Origin: the human T2T-CHM13v2.0 reference genome, Homo sapiens
Length of the DNA: 64,000 nucleotides
Assembly (NCBI GenBank): GCA_009914755.4
Contig: CP068257.2
Location: 39,840,001-39,904,000, forward strand
Direction of reading: 5' to 3'
This document shows, in pieces, positions 19,472-33,661 of this stretch; within the stretch, counting starts at the first letter, position 1; each line of letters opens with the position of its first letter. The position numbers and the translations under genes were made by a program. Below the pieces are notes generated by a model. That model saw only the letters and a list, made by a program, of their open reading frames with translations. It had not been told where the DNA came from and did not search any database.

Positions 19472-20463
19472 CTAAGGCCTCGGGCTATGTCTCCACCTGG
19501 CCTTCCCACATGCAGGCTGCTGGGCCTGGCACCCTGGCCACCCTGCCCAGAGGACCCTGCATCCCAACAAGTCCCACATTCTCACTTTCTCCCCCTGCCA
19601 GACCCCTCCTTCTGGCAGGCAAGAAGTTATGCTACTTATAAGTAGAATTATTTGCTAGCTCTGCTTATAAGAGGAATTATTTGCTAGCTCTGCTTCCAAA
19701 ATTACATATCTCCAGGTGACCAAGACGGGAAAGACACACAGGAGGCAACAGCCAAAAAGCCGATGGAGTCAATGGAGTCAGCTTTCGCCCCAGAGGCACC
19801 ACGCCATTGCTCAGGCATTCGCTCTTCTATATGTGAACCATTTCCCAATGTGAATACAGACATGCTGTAGGGAGGGCTGAGGTTTTGCTTCTTCTGTATC
19901 CACATGGGGCTAGAACATTCCAGACCCTTGGATGGACCAGAGTGGGACCGAATAAGAGGCTAAGAGAAAGCATGTTTGTCCTGAATTAAGCAACTTGGTT
20001 TTAGAATGTATCTTTAAAAATCAAGGATCTTTACACATTTTAGGCCAGTAGTTCTCAACTGGAAGTGACTTTGCCTCAAAGCGGATGTTTGGCAATGTCA
20101 GCAGGCAACACTGGTTGTCACAGCTTGGTAGCTACTGGCCTCCAGTGGGTAGAGGCTGGGGACGCTGTTAAACATCCTACAAGGCACAAGAGAGCCCTAC
20201 AACAGAGAACCACCCCAGATGTCAAGGGTGCTGCAGTGGGAAAGCCCTGTTCTAGCCTTTTCCATGCCTGGCTTGAATCACCACCACTCAGTACAGTACA
20301 GAACAGATGTGGTGGCTGCTGCCTCCCCCAAAATGCAGCAGGTGCTCTTAGCCTCTGTGAGCCTCTCCCATTGGCCACCCGCTGCACGCTACCCTCGCTC
20401 AACGCAAATGCCTCCCTTCCATTTGGCATAGCACAAGTGTCATTTCCAATCAACATCTCTTTA

Positions 20464-20706
<243 letters not shown>

Positions 20707-21114
20707 TCAGAGCCATAAACACAGAGCTCTCGGAGGATGAACTTCCAACGTCAGAAGCTGGAGGCAAGACACCCAGAGGCAGGATGGTTCACCAAAAACC
20801 ACACAGGGAGATAGTGGAAGAGGGGCTCGGTCTCCCCTTCTCCCCCACACTCCCCCAACCCCGACTCCCTGCCTCAGCCCCCCACATCATCCTTCTTTCT
20901 GGCTCTTGCATCACCTTCAAGGAATCTGCAGCACCCACAATGGGCCGACATCCCTCCCTGGGGTTTCAAGGCCATTTCTAGCAGGACTGGCCCTTATTTT
21001 CCTTTGTACGCCAAAGCATTTCCTGGCACATGGTAGGTGCTTAATAAATGGATACTAATGAACAGACTTGTCCGATATCAATCAAACCATTTCCTTTATC
21101 CAAGAGTTTCCCTC

Positions 21115-21290
21115 TTAAGAGAATCCCAGCTCCTAGTGGGCCCAGAGCACCCAGTGGTGTGAAGAGGGGGAGAGAAGGGAGCACCCTTGGGTAACAGCCC
21201 TTGAGAGAAACCCAGTTCCTAGAGGGCCCAGAGCACCTGGGGGTGTGAAGAGGGGGAGAGAAGGGAGCACCCTTGGGTAACAGCCCTTGC
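21115..21290. repeat. Tandem duplication of an 85-bp unit, 2 copies, about 90% identical (TMPRSS2 intron 9)
   Basis: gaatcccagctcctagtgggcccagagcacccagtggtgtgaagagggggagagaagggagcacccttgggtaacagcccttg, followed by gaaacccagttcctagagggcccagagcacctgggggtgtgaagagggggagagaagggagcacccttgggtaacagcccttg. Confidence 0.85.
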
Positions 21291-21965
21291 TTCCTTGACC
21301 TTCATAACAGCCCGAGAGGAGAAGGGCATGCCCATCTTATAGTTGTACATGCCATGGATCAGAGACGTTGAGTGAATCGTCTAAGGGCACGCAGCAAGAG
21401 AGGGCTGGGCCAACAGTCAAACCCAGTTCAGCCTCTCTCTAAGGCAGAAAAATACATCCGCCAAGTGAGGCCTCCTCCAAAGCAGCATGTGACCAAAAGC
21501 ACTATGTGTTTAAGGAAAAGGGGAGGGGGTGGTAGCGTCCATAAATGCTAATACTGTCACGGCTAGCCTCACCCCTACCTAACCCTCTGCATGAGCAATG
21601 CTGTGGCCAAGAACGCTTAACCCCAGGGACCTTCCAGCAGGGCAGCCTGAAGCCTGTCTGAGTGTGCCCTCTCCTGGGACTAGCGTCCCGGAGACAGGAT
21701 ACCTCAGGGGGCAGGGGCTTTGCTCAAGGGCAGGACAGAGCTCAGAGGACAGTGGCTGGAAGGAACGCTGGTCACGGCGACATCGTGGAGAATGTTCCAC
21801 CTGCACCCTGTGCCCTGCGTGCAGGGGACACTCAGTGCATACAGCCATGCACTGCCTGGCATGAGCGCACTTGATGTCTCACAGCCCTAGGAAGCAGGTG
21901 CAATACTCTCCCCATTTAAACACAAGGATGCCGGGGCTGCAAGGGTTGAGACCTGCTCAAGGTCA

Positions 21966-22508
<543 letters not shown>

Positions 22509-22549
22509 TCAGGGACCCCAGATTCTCACACAAAGAAAAGGAAGATGGG

Positions 22550-25310
22550 AGGGGCAGGGCTGGAAGTGAGTGAGGGGGTGAGGAGACGAGGAGGTGAGTG
22601 AGAAGGTGAAGGGGTGAGTGAGGGAGTGAGTGAGGAGTGAGGAGGTGAGGGGGTGAGTGGGTAATTGAAAGGATGAGGGAGTAATTGAGGGGGTGAGGGG
22701 GTAATTGAGGGGGTGAGGGGATAAGTGAGGAGGTGAGGGGGCGAGTGAGGAGGTGAGAGGGGTGAGGGGGTGAGTGGGGGGTGAGGGGGTGAGTGGGGGG
22801 TGAGGGGGTGAGTGGGGGGTGAGGAGGTAAGTGAGGAAGTAAGGGGGTGAGTGAGGGGGTGAGTGAAAAGGTGAGGGGGTGATTGACGAGGTGGGGGGGT
22901 GATTGACGAAGTGAGGGGGTAAGTGAGGGGATGAGCGAGGAGGTGAAAGGGTGAGTGAGGGGGTGAGGACATGAGTGAGGAGGTGAGGGGGTGAGTGAGG
23001 AGGTGAGGGGGTGAGTGAGGAGGTGAGGGGGTGAGTGAGGAGGTGAGGGGGTGAGTGAGGAGGTGAGGGGGTGAGTGAGGAGGTGAGGGGGTGAGTGAGG
23101 AGGTGAGGGGGTGAGTGAGGAGGTGAGGGGGTGAGTGAGGAGGTGAGGGGGTGAGTGAGGAGGTGAGGGGGTGAGTGAGGAGGTGAGGGGGTGAGTGAGG
23201 GGGTGAGGGGGTGAAGGCGTGAGTGAGGGGGTAAGGGGATGAGTGAGGGGGTAAGGGGATGAGTGAGGGGGTGAGGGGGTGAGTGAGGGGGTGAGGGGGT
23301 GAGGGGTGAGTGAGGGGGCGAGGGGGTGAGTGAGGGGGCGAGGGGGTGAGTGAGGAGGTGAGCGGGTGAGTGAGGAGGTGAGGGGGTGAGTGAGGAGGTG
23401 AGGGGGTGAGTGAGGAGGTGAGGGGGTGAGTGAGGAGGTGAGGGGGTGAGTGAGGGGGTGAGGGGGTGAGTGAGGGGGTGAGGGAGTGAGTGAGGGGGTG
23501 GGTGAGGGGTGGGTGAGGTGGTGAGTGAGGGGGTGAGGGGTGAGTAAGGAGGTGAGGGGGTGAGTGAGGGGGTGGGTGAGGGGTGGGTGAGGGGATGAGG
23601 GAGTGATTCAGAGGGTGAAGGGGTGAGTGAGGGAGTGAAGGCATGATTGAGGGGGTGAAGGGGTGAGTGAGGGGGTGACTGAGGGGTGAAGGGGGGAGTG
23701 AGGAGGAGAGTGAGGGGGTGAAGGCATGAGTGAGGGGGTGAATGGGTGAGAGACGGGGTGAGTGAGGGGTGAAGGGATGAATGAGGGGGTAAGTAAGGGG
23801 TTGAGGGGGTGAGGGGGTGAGTGAGGAGGTGAAGGGTGAGTGAGGGCGTGAGGGGGTGAGGGAGTGAGGGATTAGTGAGGGGGTGAGGGGTTGAGTGAGG
23901 AGGTGAGCAGGTGGGTGAGTGGATGAAGGGGTGAGTGAGGGGGTGAGGGGTGAATGAGGGGTTGAGTAGGGGGTGAGTGAGGAGGTGAGGTGGTGAGTGA
24001 GGGGGTGAAGGGTGAGTGAGGGGGTGAGGAGGTGAGTGAGGGGGTGACGGGGTGGGGTGAGGGAGGGATGAGGGGGAGAGTGAGGAGGTGAGGAGGTGAG
24101 TGAGGGTTGAGGGAGTGAGGGGGTGAGTGAGGGGGCGAAGGGGTGAGTGAGGGGGTGAGGGGGTGAAGGCGTGAGTGAGGGGGTAAGGGGATGAGTGAGG
24201 GGGTGAGGGGGCGAGGGGGTGAGTGAGGGGGCGAGGGGGTGAGTGAGGGGGCGAGGGGGTGAGTGAGGAGGTGAGGGGGTGAGTGAGGAGGTGAGGGGGT
24301 GAGTGAGGAGGTGAGGGGGTGAGTGAGGAGGTGAGGGGGTGACTGAGGAGGTGAGGGGGTGAGTGAGGGGGTGAGGGGTGAGTGAGGGGGTGAGGGGGTG
24401 AGTGAGGAGGTGAGCGGGTGAGTGAGGGGGTGAGGGGGTGAGTGAGGAGGTGAGCGGGTGAGTGAGGAGGTGAGGGGGTGAGTGAGGAGGTGAGGGGGTG
24501 AGTGAGGAGGTGAGGGGGTGACTGAGGAGGTGAGGGGGTGAGTGAGGGGGTGAGGGGGTGAGTGAGGGGGTGAGGGAGTGAGTGAGGGGGTGGGTGAGGG
24601 GTGGGTGAGGTGGTGGGTGAGGGGGTGAGGGGTGAGTGAGGGGGGTGAGGGGTGAGTAAGGAGGTGAGGGGGTGAGTGAGGGGGTGGGTGAGGGGTGGGT
24701 GAGGTGGTGGGTGAGGGGGTGAAGGGGTGAGTGAGGGGGTGAGTGAAGGGGTGAGTGAGGGGGTGAGTGAGGGGATGAGGGAGTGATTCAGAGGGTGAAG
24801 GGGTGAGTGAGGGAGTGAAGGCATGATTGGGGGGTGAAGGGGTGAGTGAGGGGGTGACTGAGGGGTGAAGGGGTGAGTGAGGAGGTGAGTGAGGGGGTGA
24901 AGGCATGAGTGAGGGGGTGAATGGGTGAGAGAGGGGGTGAGTGAGGGGTGAAGGGATGAGTGAGGGGGTAAGTAAGGGGTTGAGGGGGTGAGGGGGTGAG
25001 TGAGGAGGTGAAGGTGTGAGTGAGGGCGTGAGGGGGTGAGGGAGTGAGGGATTAGTGAGGGGGTGAGGGGTTGAGTGAGGAGGTGAGCAGGTGGGTGAGT
25101 GGATGAAGGGGTGAGTGAGGGGGTGCAGGGGTGAGTGAGGGGGTGAGGGGTGAATGAGGGGTTGAGTAGGGGGTGAGTGAGGAGGTGAGGAGGTGAGTGA
25201 GGGTTGAGGGAGTGAGGGGGTGACTGAGGGGGCGAGGGGGTGGGTGGTGAATGAGAGGTTGAGGGGGTGAGTAGGGGGTGAGTGAGGGGGTGAGGGGTGA
25301 GTGAGGTCTG
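22550..25310. repeat. G-rich minisatellite of about 2.76 kb, in TMPRSS2 intron 8 between exon 9 and exon 8. Dominant 20-bp unit GTGAGTGAGGAGGTGAGGGG (two related 10-mers). Contains runs of perfect copies and higher-order repeat blocks
   Basis: Visible periodicity. Perfect 20-mer arrays at about 22975-23200, 24245-24360 and 24470-24540. Long near-identical blocks at a roughly 1180-bp offset (23591 vs 24771, 23861 vs 25041). Minus-strand translation yields the PSLTPSPPHSPPHLLTHPLTSS low-complexity ORFs. Confidence 0.95.
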
Positions 25311-26121
25311 CTGCCTTCCCTGCTTCCTGTGTGTGAGTGTCTTCTCCACCAGGAGATGAGTGCATGGGCAGAGGGCAGGGCGGGTGCCACGCACCCTTGG
25401 GGCTGTGCTGGACCCCCACTCAGGACCTAAAGAAGACCTGAGCCAGCCCTGCCGGGATGGGACGGTGTCAGCTCCTTCCACCTCTTCAAATGAAAAGCTG
25501 AGCTCAGGACCACGGCCCCACGACAGCACTGGGCCATCCCAGAGGAGAGGGACGGTGGCTTCCACATTTGCAAACAGTTTGGAAACTGTAAGCACTCTAA
25601 ACACAGAGATGGGGACACCCAAGTCTAAGCCACCGTCCAAAATTCAGGAGAGAAGAGGCAAGAGCACTGTTGTTCTCTGGTCTTGTCCCTCCTCCCGGGT
25701 CCCACTGGCTGATGAGCACCTGGTGGCCACACCGTGGTGCTGGACCACAGCCCCGCAGATGCTCCAAGTCCACGTTAGGTGGCTGCCAGGGCTCACTAAC
25801 GCCATCCCCCTTTGCTTTCTGGAGAAAGAGACCTGCCGGGCCTCCAGCTCATGGGTGGCATAAAGTGTAGGGCTTTGTCAGCTTCTTGAGCGTGCCTGAT
25901 CTCAGGGGGTGTCCCTTGGACCCAAGGCTGAAGGTGTCTACAGGCCATGGAAATCTAAACCAGGAGCTCCTTGGAAAGAGCGAGACGCCGCTGGGCACAT
26001 TCCAACCCGTGACCCCACCTTCTTCCCTCCCACGCCCCCAGAGACACAGGGAGTACTGTTCTGAAAGTAGAGAGCTTTTCCTAGTTAGAAGTATCAAAAG
26101 GGGGACTCCAGATGAACTTAC

Positions 26122-26165
26122 CTATACAGCGTAAAGAAACCACTGCTTTTGAAGAACAGGCATCA
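26122..26165 (-). CDS. TMPRSS2: TMPRSS2 exon 8 (44 nt): DACSSKAVVSLRCI, end of the SRCR domain
   Basis: Acceptor TTTTTGCAG|TGATGCC, donor ATAG|GTAAGT. Frame links exon 7 (..CAC AG) to exon 9 (G|CC TGC). Confidence 0.9.
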
Positions 26166-26367
26166 CTGCAAAAAGAACGGGAAATTCTGGTCACGATAGT
26201 GCGGAGTCACCTGCCTCTCACATGCTTAGAAATCAGTCATTTCTTCCGATGTTCCCTCTCCTGTCTTCTGAGACATAGAAGGGTCTGCTAGTTACAACTC
26301 CAATAAGGTAAGTAAATCCATATAGGGACAGTGGCAAAGACCAGACACTGAGCCAAGGTACGCGGCT

Positions 26368-26465
26368 CACATCCCCACAGTGTGACCTTGGGCAAGTTAC
26401 TTAACCTCTCTTAAAATTGTACCAGCTCCTAGGACGGTTGTGAGGGTAAGCATACAATAATGCTA
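26368..26465 (+). mobile_element. MIR SINE fragment (TMPRSS2 intron 8)
   Basis: gtgaccttgggcaagttacttaacctctct...ggttgtgagggtaagcatacaataatg. Confidence 0.55.
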
Positions 26466-28695
26466 GTTTTGTTTTTCCTCTTGGAATTTAAAATCATCTT
26501 CTAATTTTTAAGGAAGCCATTTGGAAACCTCTGGGCTCCTATAACTGCTTTAAATTTGTAGTGTTGAAAGCAATATAACCAATAGTTTCCCTAGGATTAG
26601 AAGAAACGTAAGAGTTACTCATTTGGGAGTCAAACATCCCAGGTTATGGATGAAGAGGAAGTAACTGATGCATTTTGTCCTGCAGTGAATTTCCCAGGCT
26701 ATGCTGAGAAGGAAAGACGCGGCCCCTGGCATGCAGAGCTGGCCCGCCCCGACAGCTGGGCCGTGTGCTCTGCGGAACCTGAATTATTTCACTGAGCGTC
26801 AATATCGGACTAGGCCCCTCCATGCCTGAGATGGGGCAAGACACAAGGAGCCTCCTCTGAAATGATGTCTGAATAGACAGAACAGGAACCTTGTGCTCAC
26901 AACCACAAAATCACGATCTGATGTCTCCTCCTGTCCTGGCTAACTTGAGCGACGGACGTTTCTTTACCAATCACAGCTTTAGCCTAGCCTCATTCCAACC
27001 TCCTCCTAGAAAAAAAATAATAAAGCAGCCTCACAGAATTACCCCTGCTTCCTGACAGCATCCAATCCAGAGCAAATCTCTGCTTCCTCCAACCACCCCC
27101 AAACCACCTTGCAGGAGCCCAGGCCCTACAATAATAGGTCCTTCCTGACACCTTCTTACTAAGGCACACCCCCCGGGTTCTCAGTGACTACAGGTGCATT
27201 CCAGGTGGACTCTGGCTCTGGGGCACTGACACGGCCAAGTGAAGACATGTCCCCTTTAAGAGAAGACATTTCCTAAGAATCCTAAGGTCGGTAGGGATAG
27301 CCCTGTGTGGTCACAGCGCCAGGGCACATGTGGTTATTCACAGAAGCCCGACAGAAAACAAGCCAAGAACTCAGGCATCAAAGGGCAACTGCTGCACAGA
27401 AAGAGGAAAAGAAGTGCGCCTCCCCCCACCACCACCACCGAGATAGAATAGAGCCTACCAGACAATGGCCTTCTCTTCTTTCTTCCAAGCCCTCCAGCCT
27501 CCTTGTGAGTTCCCAAGGCTCTTGCCAAGGGACGGCAGCACCTCCTCCCCTCCCCCCGTCCCTGCCCGGCTGGACTTGGCTCCCTGATTCCGTGTGTAAC
27601 CCAGAAAGACAAAGAACCACTCAGCATTTACAAAGTGCCCAGGCAGCTGTGTTTAGCTTCTCCACAGGGACAAACCGCAGCCCTGCTGTTCTGATGGGTG
27701 CACCTGGCCGTGCACAGCCCTCCCCACTGGGCTTGCCCTGCCACATTCCCCAGGACAGCAGGCTGCAGTGGAAGTCAGGCCCCCAGACCCCTCCACCAGC
27801 GGCCTCCAGGAATGCAAACCTGCCCCAGGCTCCCACTCAGAGGAAAGGTGGCGCGGGGTGATTAGTTCATCCTCCCCCGAAATGCAGCACCTGGCACCTG
27901 GCAGGCAGGGAGGTGATGCCTAGACACCAGGCATAAGCCCTGGGGACCTGGGAGGCAAGGAGAGCTCATGGGCAAAGGACACTGTGTATCTTTCACATCA
28001 GAAAACACATAACAGCAACAATCATAGCAAGTCTGCAAACATCCTAAATATGTGCAAAGCAAAAGGAAGAGCCTAAGTCCATCCCCTCTTCTGCCCTCCC
28101 AGCCAGGTCAGCCACTCATCATGTGACCTGTGGCTTGTACCCACTTCTACCCCCTGGAAACACCACAACTCATTCCCAGGCCGCCAGAATGCTGCCCATC
28201 CCTCACAGAGCACCCTCTGGCACTGCTGTCCCGGGGTTGGGGCTAACGGGACCAGCCAGCCCAGCTGCCTGGAATGGAGCAGGACTTCCCTTGCTCAAGC
28301 CAGTGAAGTCCCTGGCAAACTGGAATGAGCCGGTCACCCTGGCTGGGACACTGAGACATTATCTTGGATTCCTAGAACCACGCCCTGACAAAATAGGTAC
28401 ACCTCTAAATGTCTGAAGAGGAAAGAAAACTAAATAGAGTTGAATGTCGATGTTGCAAGTGTGAGCCGCTACCAACAAGGGCAGACGGTAGAGGCTGAAA
28501 ATGAAATAGCAGAGAAACCTCAGCCACTTCCTATGAATAAACCAAGGGCTGCTTAGAGTAACCAGGCCTGGTCAGACTCTAATCTCCTCCCAATGCAAAA
28601 CCCATCCAGACCGAGTATTGCAGCTCAGAGAAATCAGACTCAGGACAACGATTCCCCATGGTGTCTCCTAGTTGATTTCATTCCAAAATTTTTCA

Positions 28696-28890
<195 letters not shown>

Positions 28891-30015
28891 TCATAATACC
28901 GCTCATACGACATTCAGAATAAGAGGGAAAAACCTTAGCATTTAGGAAAAAAAATCACACGTTCTAACCAAGTGCTAGAATATTGTAACGATTTTTCGAT
29001 TCAATAACCCTAAAGTGTCAGACAAAATTCCTTCATTGGTCGTGTTTCTTATCCAGGTTAGGATCAAGAAACTATGAGAAGGACATAGGATTGTATAATC
29101 ATACACACATTTAATCTAATAAAAGGTACAGATGTTAACATGGCCCCAGTTATCAATTCCACCAGGTTCCTGGACTGTGATGGGGGCTTTGCTGTGTAAT
29201 TCACCCCTGCTGTTTAGGGATGTCACAGTGACTAGCTAAGATGCCAACTTTCTCACCGAGTGGTAATTCATTCTGAAAACTGGCATATTGAATACCCTAA
29301 AGTTGCATAGAAATCACCTGGGGACCCTCCCATGGAAAACAAAGTGGCAGTAGCATCCTACCACCCTCTCCCCCGATGCCTGAGGGCTGCCGCATCTCCC
29401 CAGGCAGTGCTGGTAAATGGTAACCACCGCCCCACCCCCGTTAGGAATCACTGTCAGGCGACACACACCCTGTTAAGCCTTCCCACCTTCCCTCAGAGCT
29501 ACGAGCAGGAATGACATTTTTTAAGTATCAGTCTGATTGATTGATTCTCTCCCCAGCTCAAAAGGCTTCCATGGCTCCCGAATGAAGTGAAACTGGCACA
29601 GGATTTGTCTCTGCTGCTCTCCCCAGCCCAACCCTCCTCGCCAGCTGTTCTGGTCCAACCTCTACCCAGGGAGGTGAATGGACCCTGGCTGAGAGGCACC
29701 TTGGAAAAAGAGGCACCTAACGCCCTCAGCCTACCCCTCTGACCAGATGACCACAGCACTGGGCACTCCCGAGCAACCAGGAGTCTATAGAGGCCAAGGA
29801 GGAGGCAGGGCAAGGTGGCAGTGAGCCAAGGTCTGTGTGCTGGGCACAGCCCTAGCAGGACAAATTCCACCTGCTGGTTATAGGGCTCAGCTTTTGGAAG
29901 GTGACAATTGTCCCCAGCACTCATGTGCCGGTGATTTCACAGGGAGGCAGAGAGAGGGTCTTCTCGTGTTTCTGCTGTCTGTTACTGTCACTCGGCGGGT
30001 GCTGCCCCATACTCA

Positions 30016-30478
<463 letters not shown>

Positions 30479-30639
30479 TTGTCCCAACTTGTATCGTCCT
30501 AGCTGCTACCCAAGCCCCGCGCTCTCCACGGCTCCGGAGGTGGCAGCACAGTTCACTCTTCTCAAGGCACTGACCGCACACAAAGGGAGGCCACAAATCT
30601 ATTCTTTTTCTGCTAAAAAGTGCTCTCTACACAAGAGAA

Positions 30640-31305
30640 TTGAAAACAGGCATTGGGTCCAAAACTTGTACAAATGTTCACTGCAACCCTCTTAAAGCAG
30701 CTGAAAGGCGAAAACACTCCAAACGCCCACCAACGGCTGGGTGAGCAGAATAGGATATGTCCAAGATACACAATGGAATACGATTCAGCCAGAAGAGGGA
30801 ATGAAATTCAGGCTGCAACCTGGATGAGTGCTGAAGACCTTATGCTCAGTGAAAGGAGCCGGACATACTGCATGAGCCGACTCACATGGAATGCCACTTA
30901 TATTGTGTGAGCCCACGTATTGCATGATCCCGCTCACATGGAATGCCTAGAGTAGGAAATCTATAGACACTAAGTAGATTAGTGGTTGCTTATGAGTAGG
31001 AGGGACGGGCTGGGAGGAGGGATATGGGGTGATAGTTCAAGGGCTTGGGGTTTCTTTATGAGCTGATGAAAATATGCTAAAATTGACTGTGGTGATAGTT
31101 GCACATATTCGTGAATATATAAAAGCCAGTGAATTATATATTTAAATTTTATGGTACATACATTACATATCAATAAGCTGTTTTATATAAAAAATTATAT
31201 CTCAATAAGCTATTTCATATATATGTTTTATATATAAAAGCACTGAATTATATACTTGAATTTTATGGTACATAAATTAGATCTCAATAAGCTGTTTTTA
31301 AAAAT
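30640..31305 (+). mobile_element. L1 (old L1M-type) 3'-end fragment, with the terminal 60-70 bp tandemly duplicated
   Basis: caatggaatacgattcagccagaagagggaatgaaattc...ctaaaattgactgtggtgatagttgcacatattcgtgaatatataaaagccagtgaattatatatttaaattttatggtacatacattacatatcaataagctgtttt are typical L1 3' UTR strings. Confidence 0.7.
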
Positions 31306-31315
31306 ATATAAGATA

Positions 31316-31693
<378 letters not shown>

Positions 31694-32834
31694 TCAACAT
31701 TCTGCTGAAATGATCTCAGCTCTTTTATTTAAAGAAACAAAACATTACAAACACCGTTGAAGTCGCTCCCTATTCCCAATCTCTTCTCTCCCTCCCTAGA
31801 GGTAACCACCATCCAGAGTTTTGGGGACTTTTTGCTGGGCAGGATAATACATGGGGTGGGCGTATTCACAGAACAGAATCCCATGCAGCTTAAGGGTTAA
31901 GCAGAGCATCATGAACAGGAAGAAGCTTGAAAACAGCGCTGTGGGAAAGAGAGCAAGTGATAAATGATGCGTTCAAGTATCACGTTATTCATGCAAAGCT
32001 GAAAGCATGGAAACAATGCTGTGTGGTTTGGGAGAAATACACATGGGCTTAAAGTATAAAGTGAGGACCTGGCTATGCTCTAGCCTCTCTTCTTACTTCC
32101 TACGAGTGGCCCTGACTCACTGGACAGTCTGGTACCTGTGGGCTTGTTCCCCCATGAAATGACTTGGGTCTGATTATTGTCTAATGCCTCTGTGGTGAGT
32201 GATTCCACATCCTATCTGTGAGTCGGTCACAGGTTACATGAATGGTTAAACATTGTGCTACATCTGGACAACGGAATATTATTTGGTGCTAAAAAGAAAT
32301 GAGCTATCAAGCCATGAAAAGGCATGGAGGAAACTTGAATGCATATTACTAAGTAAAGGAAGCCAACAAAGTGAAGGAAGGTGTATGTGGTGAAGGCTAC
32401 ATACTCCATGATTCCAACGCTACAACATCCTGAAAAGACCAAAACTTCGGAGGCACTAAGAAGATCAGATAGCTGGGGTGAGTGGGGAGAGAGAAACAGG
32501 TGCAGCAAAAGAGGTTTTAAGGCAGGAGAACTACTCTGGACGATACTATCATTGTGGCTGTACAGCATTATGCATTTGTCAAATCCCACAGAACTGTACA
32601 AGAGAAAGGGTGAAGTCCAGGACTTCAGTTCATCATAATGTATGCATCAGGTTCATCGGTGTTAATGAACGCACAGCACTGATGTGGGATGTTCATAACA
32701 GGGCAACTGTGTGCTGGGGAGGAGTACAAGGAGCTCGCTGCCCTGTCTGTTTCATTTTCTGTAAACCTAAAACCGCTCTAAAATATAAAGTCTGTTCACT
32801 TTTTTAAAAGTAACTGAAATGAATACACTTCTTC

Positions 32835-33149
<315 letters not shown>

Positions 33150-33383
33150 TAAAAACAAAACTGCCACTGTGGCTCAAAGGGAGACACTTCATTCTTGGCT
33201 TGTGGGTAATTTTAGGGATTTTCTTTCCCTTCCAGCTATCTGCACCCGGAAGAGACGGCAGCTGATAAGCCAGAGAGCTGGAAAAGGTCTCAAGCTAGTC
33301 CTTTTTTTTTTTTTTTTTAAATATTAGGATTTTTTTTCTCAGCTTTGTCAAAGTATAGTTGACAAATAAAAATTTTACATGTA

Positions 33384-33661
33384 GGCCTGGTGCTGTGGTT
33401 CATGCCTGTAATCTCAGCACTTTGGAAGGGCAAGGCGGGAGGATCACTTGAGCCCAGAGTTCGAGACCAACCCCATCTCCACCAAAAAATATAAATATAT
33501 ATGCATTAGCCTGGCATGATGGTACATGCCTGTGGCCCCAGCTTTTCAGGAGGCTGAGGGGGAAGGATGGATTGAGCCCAGGAGGTCGAGGCTGCAATGA
33601 GCCATGACTGAGCCACTGCACTCCAGACTGGGTGACAGAAGGAGACCTTGTCTCAACAAAA
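33384..33661 (+). mobile_element. Alu SINE (divergent, AluJ-like)
   Basis: aggcctggtgctgtggttcatgcctgtaatctcagcactttggaagg...ctgggtgacagaaggagaccttgtctcaacaaa. Confidence 0.8.

Noticed and set aside
22509-25640. 1043-aa minus-strand ORF (and nested 515-, 372- and 112-aa ORFs) rich in P/S/T/H/L
   Set aside because: It is the translation of the 20-bp minisatellite (CCCCTCACCTCCTCACTCAC)n. It is purely periodic low-complexity sequence and lies inside a TMPRSS2 intron. It is not a gene.
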